DNA of 64,000 nt, taken from contig NW_003314305.1 in assembly GCF_000143415.4 (NCBI RefSeq), positions 900,827-964,826 of the forward strand. Direction: 5' to 3'. Every line of letters begins with the position of its first letter. The first letter of the stretch is position 1. Of this stretch, positions 36,690-48,403 are shown piece by piece. The DNA comes from Selaginella moellendorffii. Taxonomy: Eukaryota > Plantae > Lycopodiophyta. Made by a program: the position numbers and the translations under genes. The notes below the pieces were generated by a model. It was not told the DNA's origin and did not search any database. It saw only the letters and a list, made by a program, of their open reading frames with translations.

Positions 36690-38666
36690 ATGAATCGCGA
36701 GAGGTATTTCGCGGGGCTGATCAAAGCGTGTGGAGCTTCCAGGGACTTAGCCGCGGGGAGAAGGCTCCACGGCCATGTCATAGAGGCCGGGTACGGCAAC
36801 CGCCCATACCTGGCCAATACTCTCATCGTCATGTACGGGAGGTGTGGCAGCGCCAAAGAGGCCCAAAGGGTGTTCGATGGCATCGAATCGCCGGATCCCT
36901 GGACATGGAATCTACTCTTCTCGGCATATGCCCAGAATGGGCATCTTGGCAAGGCGCAAGAGCTCTTCAGGGATATACCATTCCGCGACGTTGTGACGTG
37001 GAACGTCTACGTCACCGCGCTGGCACAAAACGAGAATCTTCTCGAGGCCAGGCAGGTGTTTGAGAAGATGCCCGAGAGGAGTATATTCTCGTGGAACGCG
37101 ATGGTATCGGGGCATTCCCGGAATCGGCAATTGGAGGAATCCGTGGATCTGTTCGAGAAGATGCCCGAGCGCTCGGTCGTTTCTTGGACCGCGCTAGTCA
37201 ACGTGTTCGGACAACGGGGCTTGTTAGACCAGTCTAAGTGGATTTACTCGCTAATGCCGAGCCACGATATTGTGTCCGGGAATTCCCTTCTTGCGGCATT
37301 TGCCGAGGGTAAAGAAGTGGCACAAACGAAGAATCTCTTTGATTGTTTGCCCGAGAGATCGTCCTCTACGTTTAATCCAATGCTCAAGCTTTACAAAGAC
37401 ACTGGCGATTTTGCCAGTGCCAAAGAAGTCTTTGCGCGAATGCCCAATTGGAACCAAATCGCGCTGAGCACAATGATCCAAGCATATGCCCAAGAAGGGC
37501 ATCTTGCAGAGGCAGAGGAATTATTCCAGAAAATGCCCGATCCAGACGTGGTCGCGTGGACCGGGATGGTAACTCTCTACGCGAGATTAGGGCTCGTTGA
37601 CCGGGCAAAGACCACCTTTGACCGCATGCCCGTGAAGAACACCGTGACGTGGATGGAGATGGCACGTGTCCTCTCGGAAGCCGGCCACGTGGACGAGGCC
37701 AAGGCTGTATTTGACTCGATGCCTCGACGGGGTATAATGTCGTGGACGTGCATTGTAAACATGTATTGTACGAATGGTGAGGTGGAGCTGGGGCAGGCAG
37801 TGTTTGACAAGATGCCGCAGCTAGATTCGTACGTCGTGATCGTATTAATGGCCGCGTACGCACAGACGGGGAGAATCAACGAAGCCAGACGCGTGTTCGA
37901 TTCCACCCCCCAGCCAGACACGGTGGCGTGGAATATTCTCATATCGGCATATGCCCTGTCCCGGCATTTGCAGGATGCCAAGAATTTCTTCGACGTTATG
38001 CCGGAGAGGAGCTCGGTGACGTGGAATGCCATGCTATCAGGGTACGGACAACATGCCCAGTGGGGACAAGCCGTACAAGTTTTCTCCAGGATGCCGTACC
38101 ACGACACATTGTCTCTGAATGTAATGCTTGCAGTGAATGCCCAGCGGGGGCATTTGGATCAAACGAAAGAAATGTTTGAGGTCCTTCCGGATCAAGATGT
38201 GGTGTCATGGAACACGGTGATCATGGCGTTCTCTCAAGCTGGGCAATTGAACGAAGCCCTCCTTTTCTTCCAGGAGATGTGTCTCAACGGTGTGACACCC
38301 GATCAAGTGACGTTCACAAACGTTTTAGCTGTTTGTAGCCACATTGGTGTCACCGAGAAGGCCTGTGGTTACTTTACCTCGATGGTTGGCGACCATGGTA
38401 TCGCTCCAGCGAGAGAACACTATGGAGCGATCATAGACAATCTCGCGAGATCTGGAGAGCTGGAAGAAGCCGAGGAGCTTGTGACGAACATGCCTTACAA
38501 GCCCGGCGAGATGGAGTGGTCGGTCCTTCTCTCGGCTTGTAGCTCGTACAAAGATCTCGAGCGAGGTAAGCGAGTAGCACAAGTTCTCGAGGAGATCATG
38601 CCGGATGAAGCAGCAAACTATGTGTCACTCTTCAAGGTTGTCGCTGATTCGAATACACCAGTCTAG
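36690..38666 (+). CDS. PLS-class PPR protein with a long run of 31-aa motifs and an E domain, no DYW
   Basis: Intronless 658-aa ORF with repeated A..VF..MP.RD/S.V.WN units. Ends HYGAIIDNLARSG...MPYKP...WSVLLSAC...AANYVSL. Confidence 0.93.
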   Translation: MNRERYFAGLIKACGASRDLAAGRRLHGHVIEAGYGNRPYLANTLIVMYGRCGSAKEAQRVFDGIESPDPWTWNLLFSAYAQNGHLGKAQELFRDIPFRDVVTWNVYVTALAQNENLLEARQVFEKMPERSIFSWNAMVSGHSRNRQLEESVDLFEKMPERSVVSWTALVNVFGQRGLLDQSKWIYSLMPSHDIVSGNSLLAAFAEGKEVAQTKNLFDCLPERSSSTFNPMLKLYKDTGDFASAKEVFARMPNWNQIALSTMIQAYAQEGHLAEAEELFQKMPDPDVVAWTGMVTLYARLGLVDRAKTTFDRMPVKNTVTWMEMARVLSEAGHVDEAKAVFDSMPRRGIMSWTCIVNMYCTNGEVELGQAVFDKMPQLDSYVVIVLMAAYAQTGRINEARRVFDSTPQPDTVAWNILISAYALSRHLQDAKNFFDVMPERSSVTWNAMLSGYGQHAQWGQAVQVFSRMPYHDTLSLNVMLAVNAQRGHLDQTKEMFEVLPDQDVVSWNTVIMAFSQAGQLNEALLFFQEMCLNGVTPDQVTFTNVLAVCSHIGVTEKACGYFTSMVGDHGIAPAREHYGAIIDNLARSGELEEAEELVTNMPYKPGEMEWSVLLSACSSYKDLERGKRVAQVLEEIMPDEAANYVSLFKVVADSNTPV

Positions 38667-38802
38667 CGAGAGGATACGATGGTCTGCCATTGTAACGTAA
38701 GATCAATCAAACAAATGGAATGAATTTTACTCTCTTTTTCTTTCGCGAACGAACCGGATGGACAAAACGCGGGCCTCGGTGTCGTAGAGTTCACTCTTGC
38801 TC

Positions 38803-39960
38803 TTACTTCGATGAGGAACGCTGCTTGTGGATCTTGAAGCCGTAAATCTTGGGAACGTACGTGTGCGTCGGCCTGGCGGGCTTGAGGTGTGGATATGTCA
38901 TGAGGAAGAGATGCGGGAACGTTGTTCCAAAGTAAGTTCCGTCAAGGTCTGGAAGCGAGAAGGTGATGTGTGAGCAAACAGGAAACGAGAAGTAAAAAAA
39001 CTTACTGCCTTGGATCTTGGAGCGGGGGTAATAAATGTCTTCGCATTTGGGGCAAAAAATCTTCACAGTGCTTTGGCGAGGGATGTCCGACTGTCCCATT
39101 GGGAGGCATTGTTGGCCGCCACAGAACACTCGCGGACATCGGCCAAAGTCCACATTTTTATACTTGTCCAGCTGCGAGCACGAAAGAAAACTTTGATACA
39201 AAACAGCAAAAGCTAGAGCACTCACCATGGCAGCCATGCCTTTGCTTGTCAGTATGTAGCGCACATGAATTAATCCATACAACATCTCCGCGGCGGATTC
39301 CACAATCTCGTTCTGCTCTTCGGTTAGCATGTCGTCTGCAAAGAGAATGGTTTAGAACGAGCAACGCACAAATGCAAAAGCAAAGGCTCACCAGTTGGAG
39401 ATTCGACGTCAAGAATAAGGTCCAAGGCGTACTCGTAGTAAGGAACTTGGTTGCTGAGGCCACTCAAGTTGAAATCATCCTGGATGTACTCGGCATCTAC
39501 TTCGCAAAAGAACTCGTTCCCTCTTAGTGCACAGTACCATGGTATCCACGAAAACTCCTCGCCCTCGTCTGAGCCACTCACATCGGACTCCTCGCTCTCG
39601 GTGTCCGACTCCTCAACTAAAGAAAGGAGAAAGAAAAAACACGACCAAGTCAGTGTCCACCTAGAAAAAAAAACCACGACAGAGTAGAAAAAAAATTCTA
39701 GAAAACTTACCGTCTTCTGTGACAGATTTCTCAAACAATGCTGCCTTGTTATCAGTGCTACCGCCAGTTCGTCGTCCAGCCGGAGTAGACATTGGCGCTA
39801 CCACCGACCTCTCCTTCTCTTTTCCATTTGCCGCCGACACCTTGGAGGTCGAGGGCGATGCCTTGCTTCCCTTGGAGCTTTTGGATTCGTGATCCAAGTA
39901 GAGCTCGGACTTCCTACCACTGCTGCCAAGGCTATACCCTACTCTCTCCCTAGTATACAT
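38803..39960 (-). CDS. CKB: Casein kinase II regulatory beta subunit, five exons
   Basis: [75 protein letters not shown]. Confidence 0.96.
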
Positions 39961-40600
39961 ATCCGCGAGCCCTGCTGCTACGCTACCAAAAACCTACCGC
40001 TGTGATTATCGATGCCTCAATTCGATTCCTCAGCCCCTACGCATCGCCCGCGCACCCACATTTATTTCGGAACCAGCACGGCGCGCTCGCTGGAGCGTTT
40101 CCCCTGGATCCGGCACCGCCGCCTCGACGCGATGCCGCAATGCCTGGATTTTCGCCGCAGCTGGGATCGCTTCGTGAGATCTGCGAGAGAATGCGGCGCG
40201 GCGATGTGATCGACGCGGCGATCGTCATGGCGAGGAGGAGGCCGCCATGGCCACTCCAATATCACACACACCCAAAAAAGAGGTTCTAAGGGCAAAGCCG
40301 TCAGGATTTTATGGGTGACGGCCCCGACGGGCGTGACGTGCGTGACGGGCCGTGTAGGGTTTTGCCCAGTGAACACGTGGTGCCACGGTGGAGGCATCCT
40401 GGCCGTCGGAACCACCGGCCGCGATGCGTGCGTTTTGAAATGTTCCCTCCAAGGACCTCCCATTCTAGGGTTCTAGCGAGAGGGGAAGCTATGGCGCCGG
40501 CGCCAGCGCTAGGGATGATTCGTGCGTAAGTCTGGAGCTCCAGGAATGCTAGAAGAGTAGATAGATTTCACAGTATTGTCTCCTGGAGCAGTCGATTCCG

Positions 40601-42120
40601 ATGAGCGGCGCCGCCGCTGGGGCAGAGGATGTGGAGGGCGAGCCGTGGTTCCATCGCAGGAAGTCTGATACCTCGAGCGTTCTCAGCGGCCTTAGTGATG
40701 AGGTAAGTAGGTGCGTTTCCTCGCGATTCCTTTCCTAGCACAAGTTTATTGCTGGGTTTCTTAAAAGTCCTTGCGATCCAGGTTGAGAGCGAATGCCATA
40801 GTGATGTGATTGACCATGAAAATGAGAGCGTGGAGGAAACGGAGCTCTCGTCAAGCTTGCAGAATAGCCGTCTCGATCAAGTGGGTTTCGAGGACGCGCC
40901 TACGCCCGTCCAGTTTCCGCCACTGGCATCTCCAAGAACACCGAGGACCACGCCACGAACGCCCATTGTGGTTGAGTGTCCCGGTGCTCCAAGCGTTCGC
41001 ACGCTAAGGTTTTTTCTCTTGTCCCTTCTTTTTTCCTTTCACTGTAACACAGTGTTTTTGCATTTCCAGAAGCAAAGAGATGGTACGACAGAGCAGCTTG
41101 AGTGAAACAAAGCTGCTCATGACAACCCAGTTAAAGAGAACGTATAGCAACTTTCTCTTCGACAAACACTTCGATTTTCTCCGGGAGATTGGTCGAGGCT
41201 CGTCAAGCAAGGTACCTATACGTATTTGTGATTCACAACCATTCTAACATTCTCGTCTTCGTTCCTCCTTCACGCAAGGTATATGAGGCTCGTGACAGGA
41301 GACACGGCGTGCTCTGTGCCGTGAAAATCAGCAAACAGCCCTTCTTTGCTCGAGAAGACAGAGAGCGCTTCCTTAGGGAGATTCAGAGCGTTGCTTGTCT
41401 CCCGGAGCATCCCAACGTCGTAAAATATTATAGAGGATGGCAGCAGGACGCGCACTTTCACATCCAGATGGAGCTCTGCGACGGTGGCAGCCTTCGCAAC
41501 TATCTGGATGCTTTGTCACAACCACTTGACGAGAACAAGGTACAAACAAACTTCCAGCTCTCTCATATCATGGCTTACGAACGAAGATTCATGGATTCTA
41601 TGCAGGTGTGGTGTTTTATACGCCAAGTTGCGTCGGGTCTGGATCACATACACTCACATGGTGTCCTCCACCTCGATATAAAACCGGAAAACATTCTTAT
41701 ATGCGGCGACAGTGAAGGTCTGTTTGCTCGAACAAAAAGTCATTCGTTTGATGGCCTCGTACTTTTCCAGGTACACTTAAAATTTGCGACTTTGGTCTCG
41801 CTGTCCAGAAGCAAAGCCTTTGGGACTGGGAAGAAGGCGACGGAGCGTATGTTGCCCCGGAGCTACTCATGGACCAGGAACCCGGCGCCGAGGCGGACAT
41901 GTTTAGTTTTGGCGTGATGGTTTACGAATGGGCCACGGGAGAGCCTCTCCCCCGTCCAAACCCCGAGGTGGAGGTCCAGGTCACTTCTTTCCCCGGAAGA
42001 ACAGCAGCTCTCACAGATCTCGTCCGAGCGCTGCTACGCTTGGAACCATCACGAAGGCCAACAGCAGGAGAGGTACTTCAGTGGCAAAGCCACAAGAAAG
42101 GAGAACGATTGCTGATATAA
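40601..42120 (+). CDS. Wee1/Myt1-family protein kinase, multi-exon
   Basis: IGRGSSSKVY, AVK, HPNVVKYYRGWQQ..FHIQMELC, HLDIKPENI, DFGL, EEGDGAYVAPELL (EGD motif of the Wee family). N-terminal SP/TP sites. Confidence 0.8.
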
Positions 42121-42279
42121 CTTATAGCGCTGCTCTCGAGGTCAGTTTCTAGTTTCAAGTGCTCGCCATGGCTGATACACTTGTGTGAACTTTCTTTCAG
42201 TGCTCGCAAAAGCTTTCGAGAAGAGCAGCGAATATCTTTTGTAAGTTTCGAGTTTTTATCCATCGAGTGGTTCTCTCTC

Positions 42280-43383
42280 CTAGAGTGGTGCTACTGCCGC
42301 CTTACTTTGTTCGAATTCTTCCAGCAGTGGAGCGTGAAGCTCTTTGATCCGATCCACGCAGTAGTCGTAGAGAGCTCGCTGGTGATTCCGGTAGCAGCGG
42401 TAGCAGCGCGGATCATCCCTGGCTCGCTCCACCTGCTGGATCATCCTCTTGTAAATCACGTAACTCGAGTCGCTGGCGATCGATCGAGACGGAGGAGTCA
42501 GCTTCGCTTCAAAGAAGTCCTTCTCGCCGACTGGAAGCCGCGAGTACTCGAAGACGTGAGCCAGGCGATCCCGGTGGTGCCTCACGCCAATCTCTCGCGG
42601 ATCGCCCACCTCGCGACGCATCAACATGCCCAGCTCGCCAGCTCGGTCCTGGAACACCGCCATCTCCGCCAAGACCAGCAGTCCATCGCCGAGATTGATA
42701 GCCCAGGCGGTGTCCTGGGACTTGGATCGAGCGTCGAAGAGCAGTACCTGGATCATCGTGTCGCGCAGCCGATCGCCCAAGAGCTCCTGGAAGACGAGAT
42801 CTTTCCACTGGGAGAGGCCATCGCCATCGCCATCGCTGGAAGGATCGAGCTTGAGGTAGAGCCTGGAGCACGGGGCGGCGATGGTAGCGCGGGCGAGGGA
42901 GTGGTAGTGTAGCGGCGGAGGCGGTGGTGGCGTTGGCCGGGATTGATCGAGCGTCGCCGCTGAGGAAGAGGGCGATCGATCGAGCAGGGCAAGGGATTGG
43001 AGGAAGATCTTGGCGCGAGAGGAGCCACGGATGCGGCGGAAGAGAAGGAAGACCTTGGAGAGATGGAATGTGAGGTGTGTCTTGATCTCCGCCACGGCCG
43101 ATGCCAGCGCCATGTCCGTGATGGGCTTGAAGAGCGCGCGATCGTCGAGGCGGAGGAGGGAATATAGCTCGCGCTGGAAATCCATGGGTACCTGGAAGTG
43201 ATCGAAGAGGGACTGGAGCTTTGTGACGAGCTGCTCGGCTTCCTCGTCCCGGGCATTCTCCTCGGCCAATGTGAGGCCATAGCCCAGCTCCATGGCCTCC
43301 GCCGCCGCCAAATCGTCCTCTTCCTGGCGCCGCTCCTCCTCCTCCCAGGCGTCCGCGTCCTCCATGTCGAGATCCTCGGCCAT
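42280..43383 (-). CDS. Hypothetical intronless protein (~367 aa) with an acidic N-terminus
   Basis: Long GC-rich ORF with globular-looking composition. No family recognised. Confidence 0.6.
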   Translation of the reverse strand: MAEDLDMEDADAWEEEERRQEEDDLAAAEAMELGYGLTLAEENARDEEAEQLVTKLQSLFDHFQVPMDFQRELYSLLRLDDRALFKPITDMALASAVAEIKTHLTFHLSKVFLLFRRIRGSSRAKIFLQSLALLDRSPSSSAATLDQSRPTPPPPPPLHYHSLARATIAAPCSRLYLKLDPSSDGDGDGLSQWKDLVFQELLGDRLRDTMIQVLLFDARSKSQDTAWAINLGDGLLVLAEMAVFQDRAGELGMLMRREVGDPREIGVRHHRDRLAHVFEYSRLPVGEKDFFEAKLTPPSRSIASDSSYVIYKRMIQQVERARDDPRCYRCYRNHQRALYDYCVDRIKELHAPLLEEFEQSKAAVAPL

Positions 43384-43455
43384 TCTGCCAAGAGCCCTAA
43401 TCTTGTGAAGAAATGAAATAGCAAATTCAGGAAATATGTTAGAATATTCGTAAAA

Positions 43456-44450
43456 ATGAGGAAGACACAAGATCTAGTGCTCTCGGGAGAGCGCTTTAGT
43501 GACGCAAGCGTGTGCTCCAGCGCGACAGGCGCGACCTCGGAGCCCGGGCCAGGCGAGAGTAGCCAATCGCCGGAGAGCAGCCAGGTATCGTGCTCGACCC
43601 GGCGCGGCGGAATCGCCCCCTGGCTTGGCTGGAGTCGTCGCGGCGGAATCGCCCGCTGGCTTGGCGCAAGGGGCTGGAGTCGGCGCGGCGGAATCGCCCG
43701 CTGGAGCCGCAACACTGGCTCGAGTCGGCGCTGCGGAAGCAGGGGGCGTCCTGGCGAAGCCCGCGCAAGCTGCTCCGGCGGCAGCGCTGGCGGCGGGAGG
43801 CGCGGCGGAAGGGGGCGCGGCGGTAGAAGCAGGGAACTTTGTCCAAGCTGCTCTTGCAGCAGCGCTGGCGGCGGGAGGCAGCCCGGCGGAAGCAGGAGGC
43901 GGGGCGGTAGAAGCAGGGAGCTTTGCCCAAGCTGCTTCGGCGGCAGCGCTGGCGGCGGAAGGGGGCTTCGCGCAAGGCTCGGCGGCAGCACTGGCTGCTC
44001 AATCTCTGGCTACCCAAGCTATGGCCGCATGGGGGAAAGTAAACGCGACAATGCAGGTACTTGGATCTTCCGTCGCTTCTCTCCCCCACTTCTCTCCCCA
44101 CTCAGCTCCTTTCTCTCGCTCAGGTCATAGCGATCGTCGCTGTCGGAATTCCACTGCAAGGACCTCCAGACTCCTTGGCAGCCATAGCAGCAGCGCAGTG
44201 GATTCCTTTGTCCACGTTCTTCTTCTGGCAGCCAGAATCAGTGACGGGATCGCAAGAGCCAAAGGCACCTGAGACCGGCCCAACATTAGGCGCAAGCTAT
44301 GGGGGTAACACTCTGGAAGCTGTGGAAGACAGGGTTACCATTCCGGACGAGATCCCCTTTTCTCTGGACTCTTTCGAGCTTGATATCCCCCCCTCTCCTC
44401 CCCCGTCTCCTCTAGACTTCGACGAGTGTGACATTGATCTTTGGAGCTGA
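43456..44450 (+). CDS. Possible Ala/Gly-rich low-complexity gene or pseudogene with an acidic C-terminus ending DLWS
   Basis: Ala-rich repeats, and a phase-0 GT-AG intron 44058-44123 that joins NATMQ to VIAIV...DFDECDIDLWS*. No in-frame ATG, so a frameshift or further exon is needed near 43590. Confidence 0.4.
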
Positions 44451-45149
44451 CTAGGTTGCTTGAGCATTTCGAGTGGGGAGCGCTGGGTTCGAATGCTCAT
44501 CTGCTATTACAGGCCTCGCGAGGTTTCATACATTGATGTAAACAACTGAATAGCATATAAATAGATAGAGCCAAGCCTATCGAGTCTCATCTGTGTTTTG
44601 CAAGCTCGCTAAACGTTCCAGCGTCAACGTGAGCGGACTTTTAATAGTGGGATAACGCTGGATAATCTTTTACGGGTTTGCCACAAGAAACTCACCAGCA
44701 AGGTATAGGCTTCTCGCTTCTCTGAATCACCAATGTGAGATGATTTCAGTTAGCAAGGCTGAAATTTAATTCGGCTATTTTGCAAGCTACTGAGGTTGAG
44801 CAATGAGGTAACAGGCATCCACATTCTCTCAGGTTTGCGCTAGAGGAGGATATTTATCTACCTATCTATCTCTGTTTCTAGTATCGAGAAGCATGGGATA
44901 TTATGCAATGCAATTCAGTTTATTACTTTGTCAATTCTCCACCTCCTCCTCCCCTCCGCCCCACTCTCTGCTCTATCTCCTGGGATTCTTTCGCCTCAGT
45001 CTGGCGATGCTTGTGGAGAAGCATGTCGACAAAGGATGCGCTGCTCGTATCGAGGTCGCCACCAATTTCCTGCTTTCTTCTGCTGTGGATTGTTGTCCGT
45101 TCGTTGTTGTTACAACGTTGAGTTGCTTGTTTTTGGTAATTGGAGTATG

Positions 45150-45790
45150 GGACTGCGAGTTTGGTGTCGTCTGTTCTGTTGTTTCCTTTCGTTTTCCAGC
45201 CGTGCATTGTTTCATTGACAAGTTTTTGCCTCTGGACATCCATCTGTTCCAGGAACCTGGTTGTCTCCACCGCGTTCTCAGGTGTCCCAAGGATGTTAGC
45301 TACAGGCATATCTCATGGGATCTCGTAACTCATCGTATCCTGGGCATTCCTTGACCACATATGTTATTGTCTCAACACACATGCCACACACTGGGCAAAG
45401 TTACAGATGTCGCGGGATCTTTGTTGGTCTTGTTCTTCAACCTAGTTCCACGAGTAGTCAACCTGCAAGGAGTTTCTGTCCAGGGAGAGAGCTGATCGTA
45501 GAAAGCTGTTCCCACTTGTTCCTTTGGGTTGATCTCCTCCACATAGAGCTTGTAAATGGTGTGGTTCTTCTCGGCTTGGATCCATCTTATTAGCATGGTG
45601 TGTGTCCTGAATTCAAGATCTTCATGTAATCGTTCTGTGACGAGATTCAAATTGAGTCTTTTGGTCCACTGTTTCATGCTGCCACCAGCCGCCTGCCTGA
45701 GTTGCTGTGACTCCACAATGGCATGATCCGCAACTTCTCTATCTTCAGAAATGTGCTCTTTCGGATATAGATGATTGTGTGCTGCCATGT
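45150..45790 (-). mobile_element. Decayed 3' end of a non-LTR retrotransposon (LINE ORF2)
   Basis: Frameshifted remnants QCVACVETITYVVKECPGYDELR (CCHC-knuckle-like) and NILG...TTRFL. Confidence 0.45.
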
Positions 45791-46696
45791 GAGTGTTTCC
45801 AGGGGAAAGAGGCCACTCTAATATGTATCACATTATGACTTGACAAATTGTTTATTTGGTCTTGTAGTAGTTCACCACAAGCATTATGTCATTTGCATAT
45901 AGTAATAGGTTAGACAGTTGTTGCACCAGTAGCCACTCTAAGTCCATCAATGAACCGAAAAGCGTGGGAGACAACAGGCAAGGGGATGGGTACTTGTGCA
46001 GAAAGTGATGGCTTGTAGAGAGGAGGACGCACTTTCAACGCGGAAATCGGCAGCCAGAAATCAAGAAGACATGATTTTTAGAAATGGGGTTTTGAAGAAT
46101 GCTTAAATGTGTATGGCAAGTAATATATAACACTACATCCCACATGATGTCTCCCAATGGGATTGCATGAATACCCAATGGATACCCATTTTCCTGATGG
46201 ATGAATTCATGACAATGGATACACATTTTCCCGATGGATGAATTCATGAAGAAAGATGAATGTTCCCAACTGATTTTCACTAAGCAATGTGTCCGAGTGC
46301 TCTGTTGGTAAAATTGGAATCCACTAGAAGGTCTCACATAAGAACTTAAGTTGATCCTAGGTGATCCATGTATCTGTGGTACAGTTAATTCCAACCCAAC
46401 AAACTAGAAAGCAAAGAATTTGTTATTGACACAAGTTGTGATAAGCCACCTTGGGAGGTGGAAAAAAATGCTTCTTGACAGGAAATATTTGCTTTATACT
46501 TCCCAAGAGGAACATGTGCCTCCTGATAGGAAAATTTGGCATTTTCTTTCCCACTTAAGAAACTTCAAAGCATGTTTCTCTCAAAAAAACAAATTTAGGA
46601 TTTCATTCTAGGGTTCAATCCATTCTTTACCATGTATGTTCAAAGCTGCAAAAAGAAGCTGTTTTTTACTTTCCATTTTCCACTAAGGTAGCATTA

Positions 46697-48403
46697 TGTA
46701 AGGGATTAAATTTTCCATTCTACTTTAGTCACTTAACCACACCTCCGACCACTTGGAGGAGTCTCATTCACAACCTCCATAAGTCCAATCCAGGCCTTGG
46801 GACTTGCTAGCCCCGAGAGTGGCATCCATGCCACTCAACATGTGCACTTGGTCCAAGTGCTCCACGTGTCCGATCCCATGACCGACACTCAAAGGTACCA
46901 CCGACATAGCAGCCCATTACGCTAAGGCCATGCCCAATCACCTTTGCCACACTGGTAGTCCAATACCACTTGCATCACAGTCTTGGCTCTCCAAGACTAA
47001 GCACACCATCCGTGAGTGGTCATCTCAGATCCACTCCTTAGCATCCTTAGGATGCCCACCAACAAGGGGAATAGCCTTCCCCAATATCCCTCTGTCAGTC
47101 CCCACTAAGTCCCTTTCTGCCCCTGGCCGTGTTTGCCAACACTGCCCCTGGATCGAGACCCACAGGCCCGACCACTAAGTCCCATGGTCCTCTGGGACTT
47201 CCTCACCACACGACTGTGTCCTTGGTCACTACCCCAGAGGACTGCTCCTCTTCCTTTCCACAGTCTGGGCCTTTGGGACAACATTTCGGAACACCGTGGC
47301 CTTACGCGAGCCACCTGGGTACTCTCCTCGTCTTCTGCCCTTGGGTGCTCTAGCCATGGGCTTAGAGCAAGGTTCCGTTGAGCCACGCCTGGTATCCAAG
47401 TAGGTAGTGCCACCCACACTTGGACTGGGAGCATCGGCCAGTCGATCTCCCGGGGGAACTAGAGCCGGCTCTTGAACACTTCACTAAGCTACCCCGCTTG
47501 TCGGTCCGTGTTCACTCTAGTCTTGGACTTCCCAATGGTCAGTTCATCACCCAACACTAGGTATGGCCTTCCTGGACCAAACTAGTCCTTCCTGGGCCAA
47601 ACTGGCCCTTCCTGGCCAAACTGGCTCCACTGGGCTCCAACCCCCACACTCTCCCTACTATACTTTTGGAACCCCCCGCAGCCCCCCCCCCCCCCCCCCC
47701 CCTGGGGGATGATCTCTTTGGGCTTTCACCCAACTGCCTGTATTAGTATTCGGACTCGGACTCGGGCTCGAACTCGGACTCGGTCTCGGTCCCGGTTTCG
47801 GACTCGAACTCGGTCTCGGTCTCGGCTTTGGCCTCGGTCTCGGTCTCGGTCTCGGGTCCATCTCGGACTCCATCTCGGATCCATCTCGGACTCCATCTCG
47901 GACTCCATCTCGGGTCCATCTCGAACTCCATCTCGGACTCCATCTCGGGTCCATCTCGGACTCCATCTCGGACTCGATCTCGGACTCCATCTCGGACTCC
48001 ATATCGGACTCCGTCTCGGTCCATCTCGGACTCCATCTCGGGTCCATCTCGGACTCGATCTCGGACTCCATCTCGGGTCCATCTCGGACTCCATCTCGGG
48101 TCCATCTCGGACTCCATCTCGGGTCCATCTCGGACTCCATCTCGGACTCCATCTCGGACTCCATATCGGACTCCGTCTCGGTCCATCTCGGACTCCATCT
48201 CGGGTCCCCTTTTGGAGCCTCGCTTATTGCTCGTTTCGTGCTCATTCCTCGAGCCCTTCGTTAAGAGTTCCACTCCCGCTCTCGACCTTTCAAGGCGGAG
48301 CTTTTGGCCCAAACGTGTTACACTTGTTTGGCTTTCACTTCGGCCACTACCACGTGGCACCCTTCCGGCTCCACTTTGGGGCCTAGGGATTTTGTGTCTC
48401 ACA
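46697..48403 (-). mobile_element. Solo LTR (1707 bp) nested in the CACTA relic
   Basis: TGT...ACA termini flanked by a perfect 5-bp TSD CATTA (46692-46696 and 48404-48408). Much more GC-rich than its flanks. Orientation is tentative. Confidence 0.85.
47750..48207. repeat. Minisatellite inside the solo LTR (6-bp units grading into 11/12-bp units)
   Basis: ctcgga/ctcggt units, then ccatctcggact and ccatctcgggt units. A C21 tract lies at 47682-47702. Confidence 0.95.

Noticed and set aside
42181-44130. Overlapping ORFs 42181-42912, 42753-43991 and 43496-44101
   Set aside because: Shadow frames of GC-rich, low-complexity sequence.
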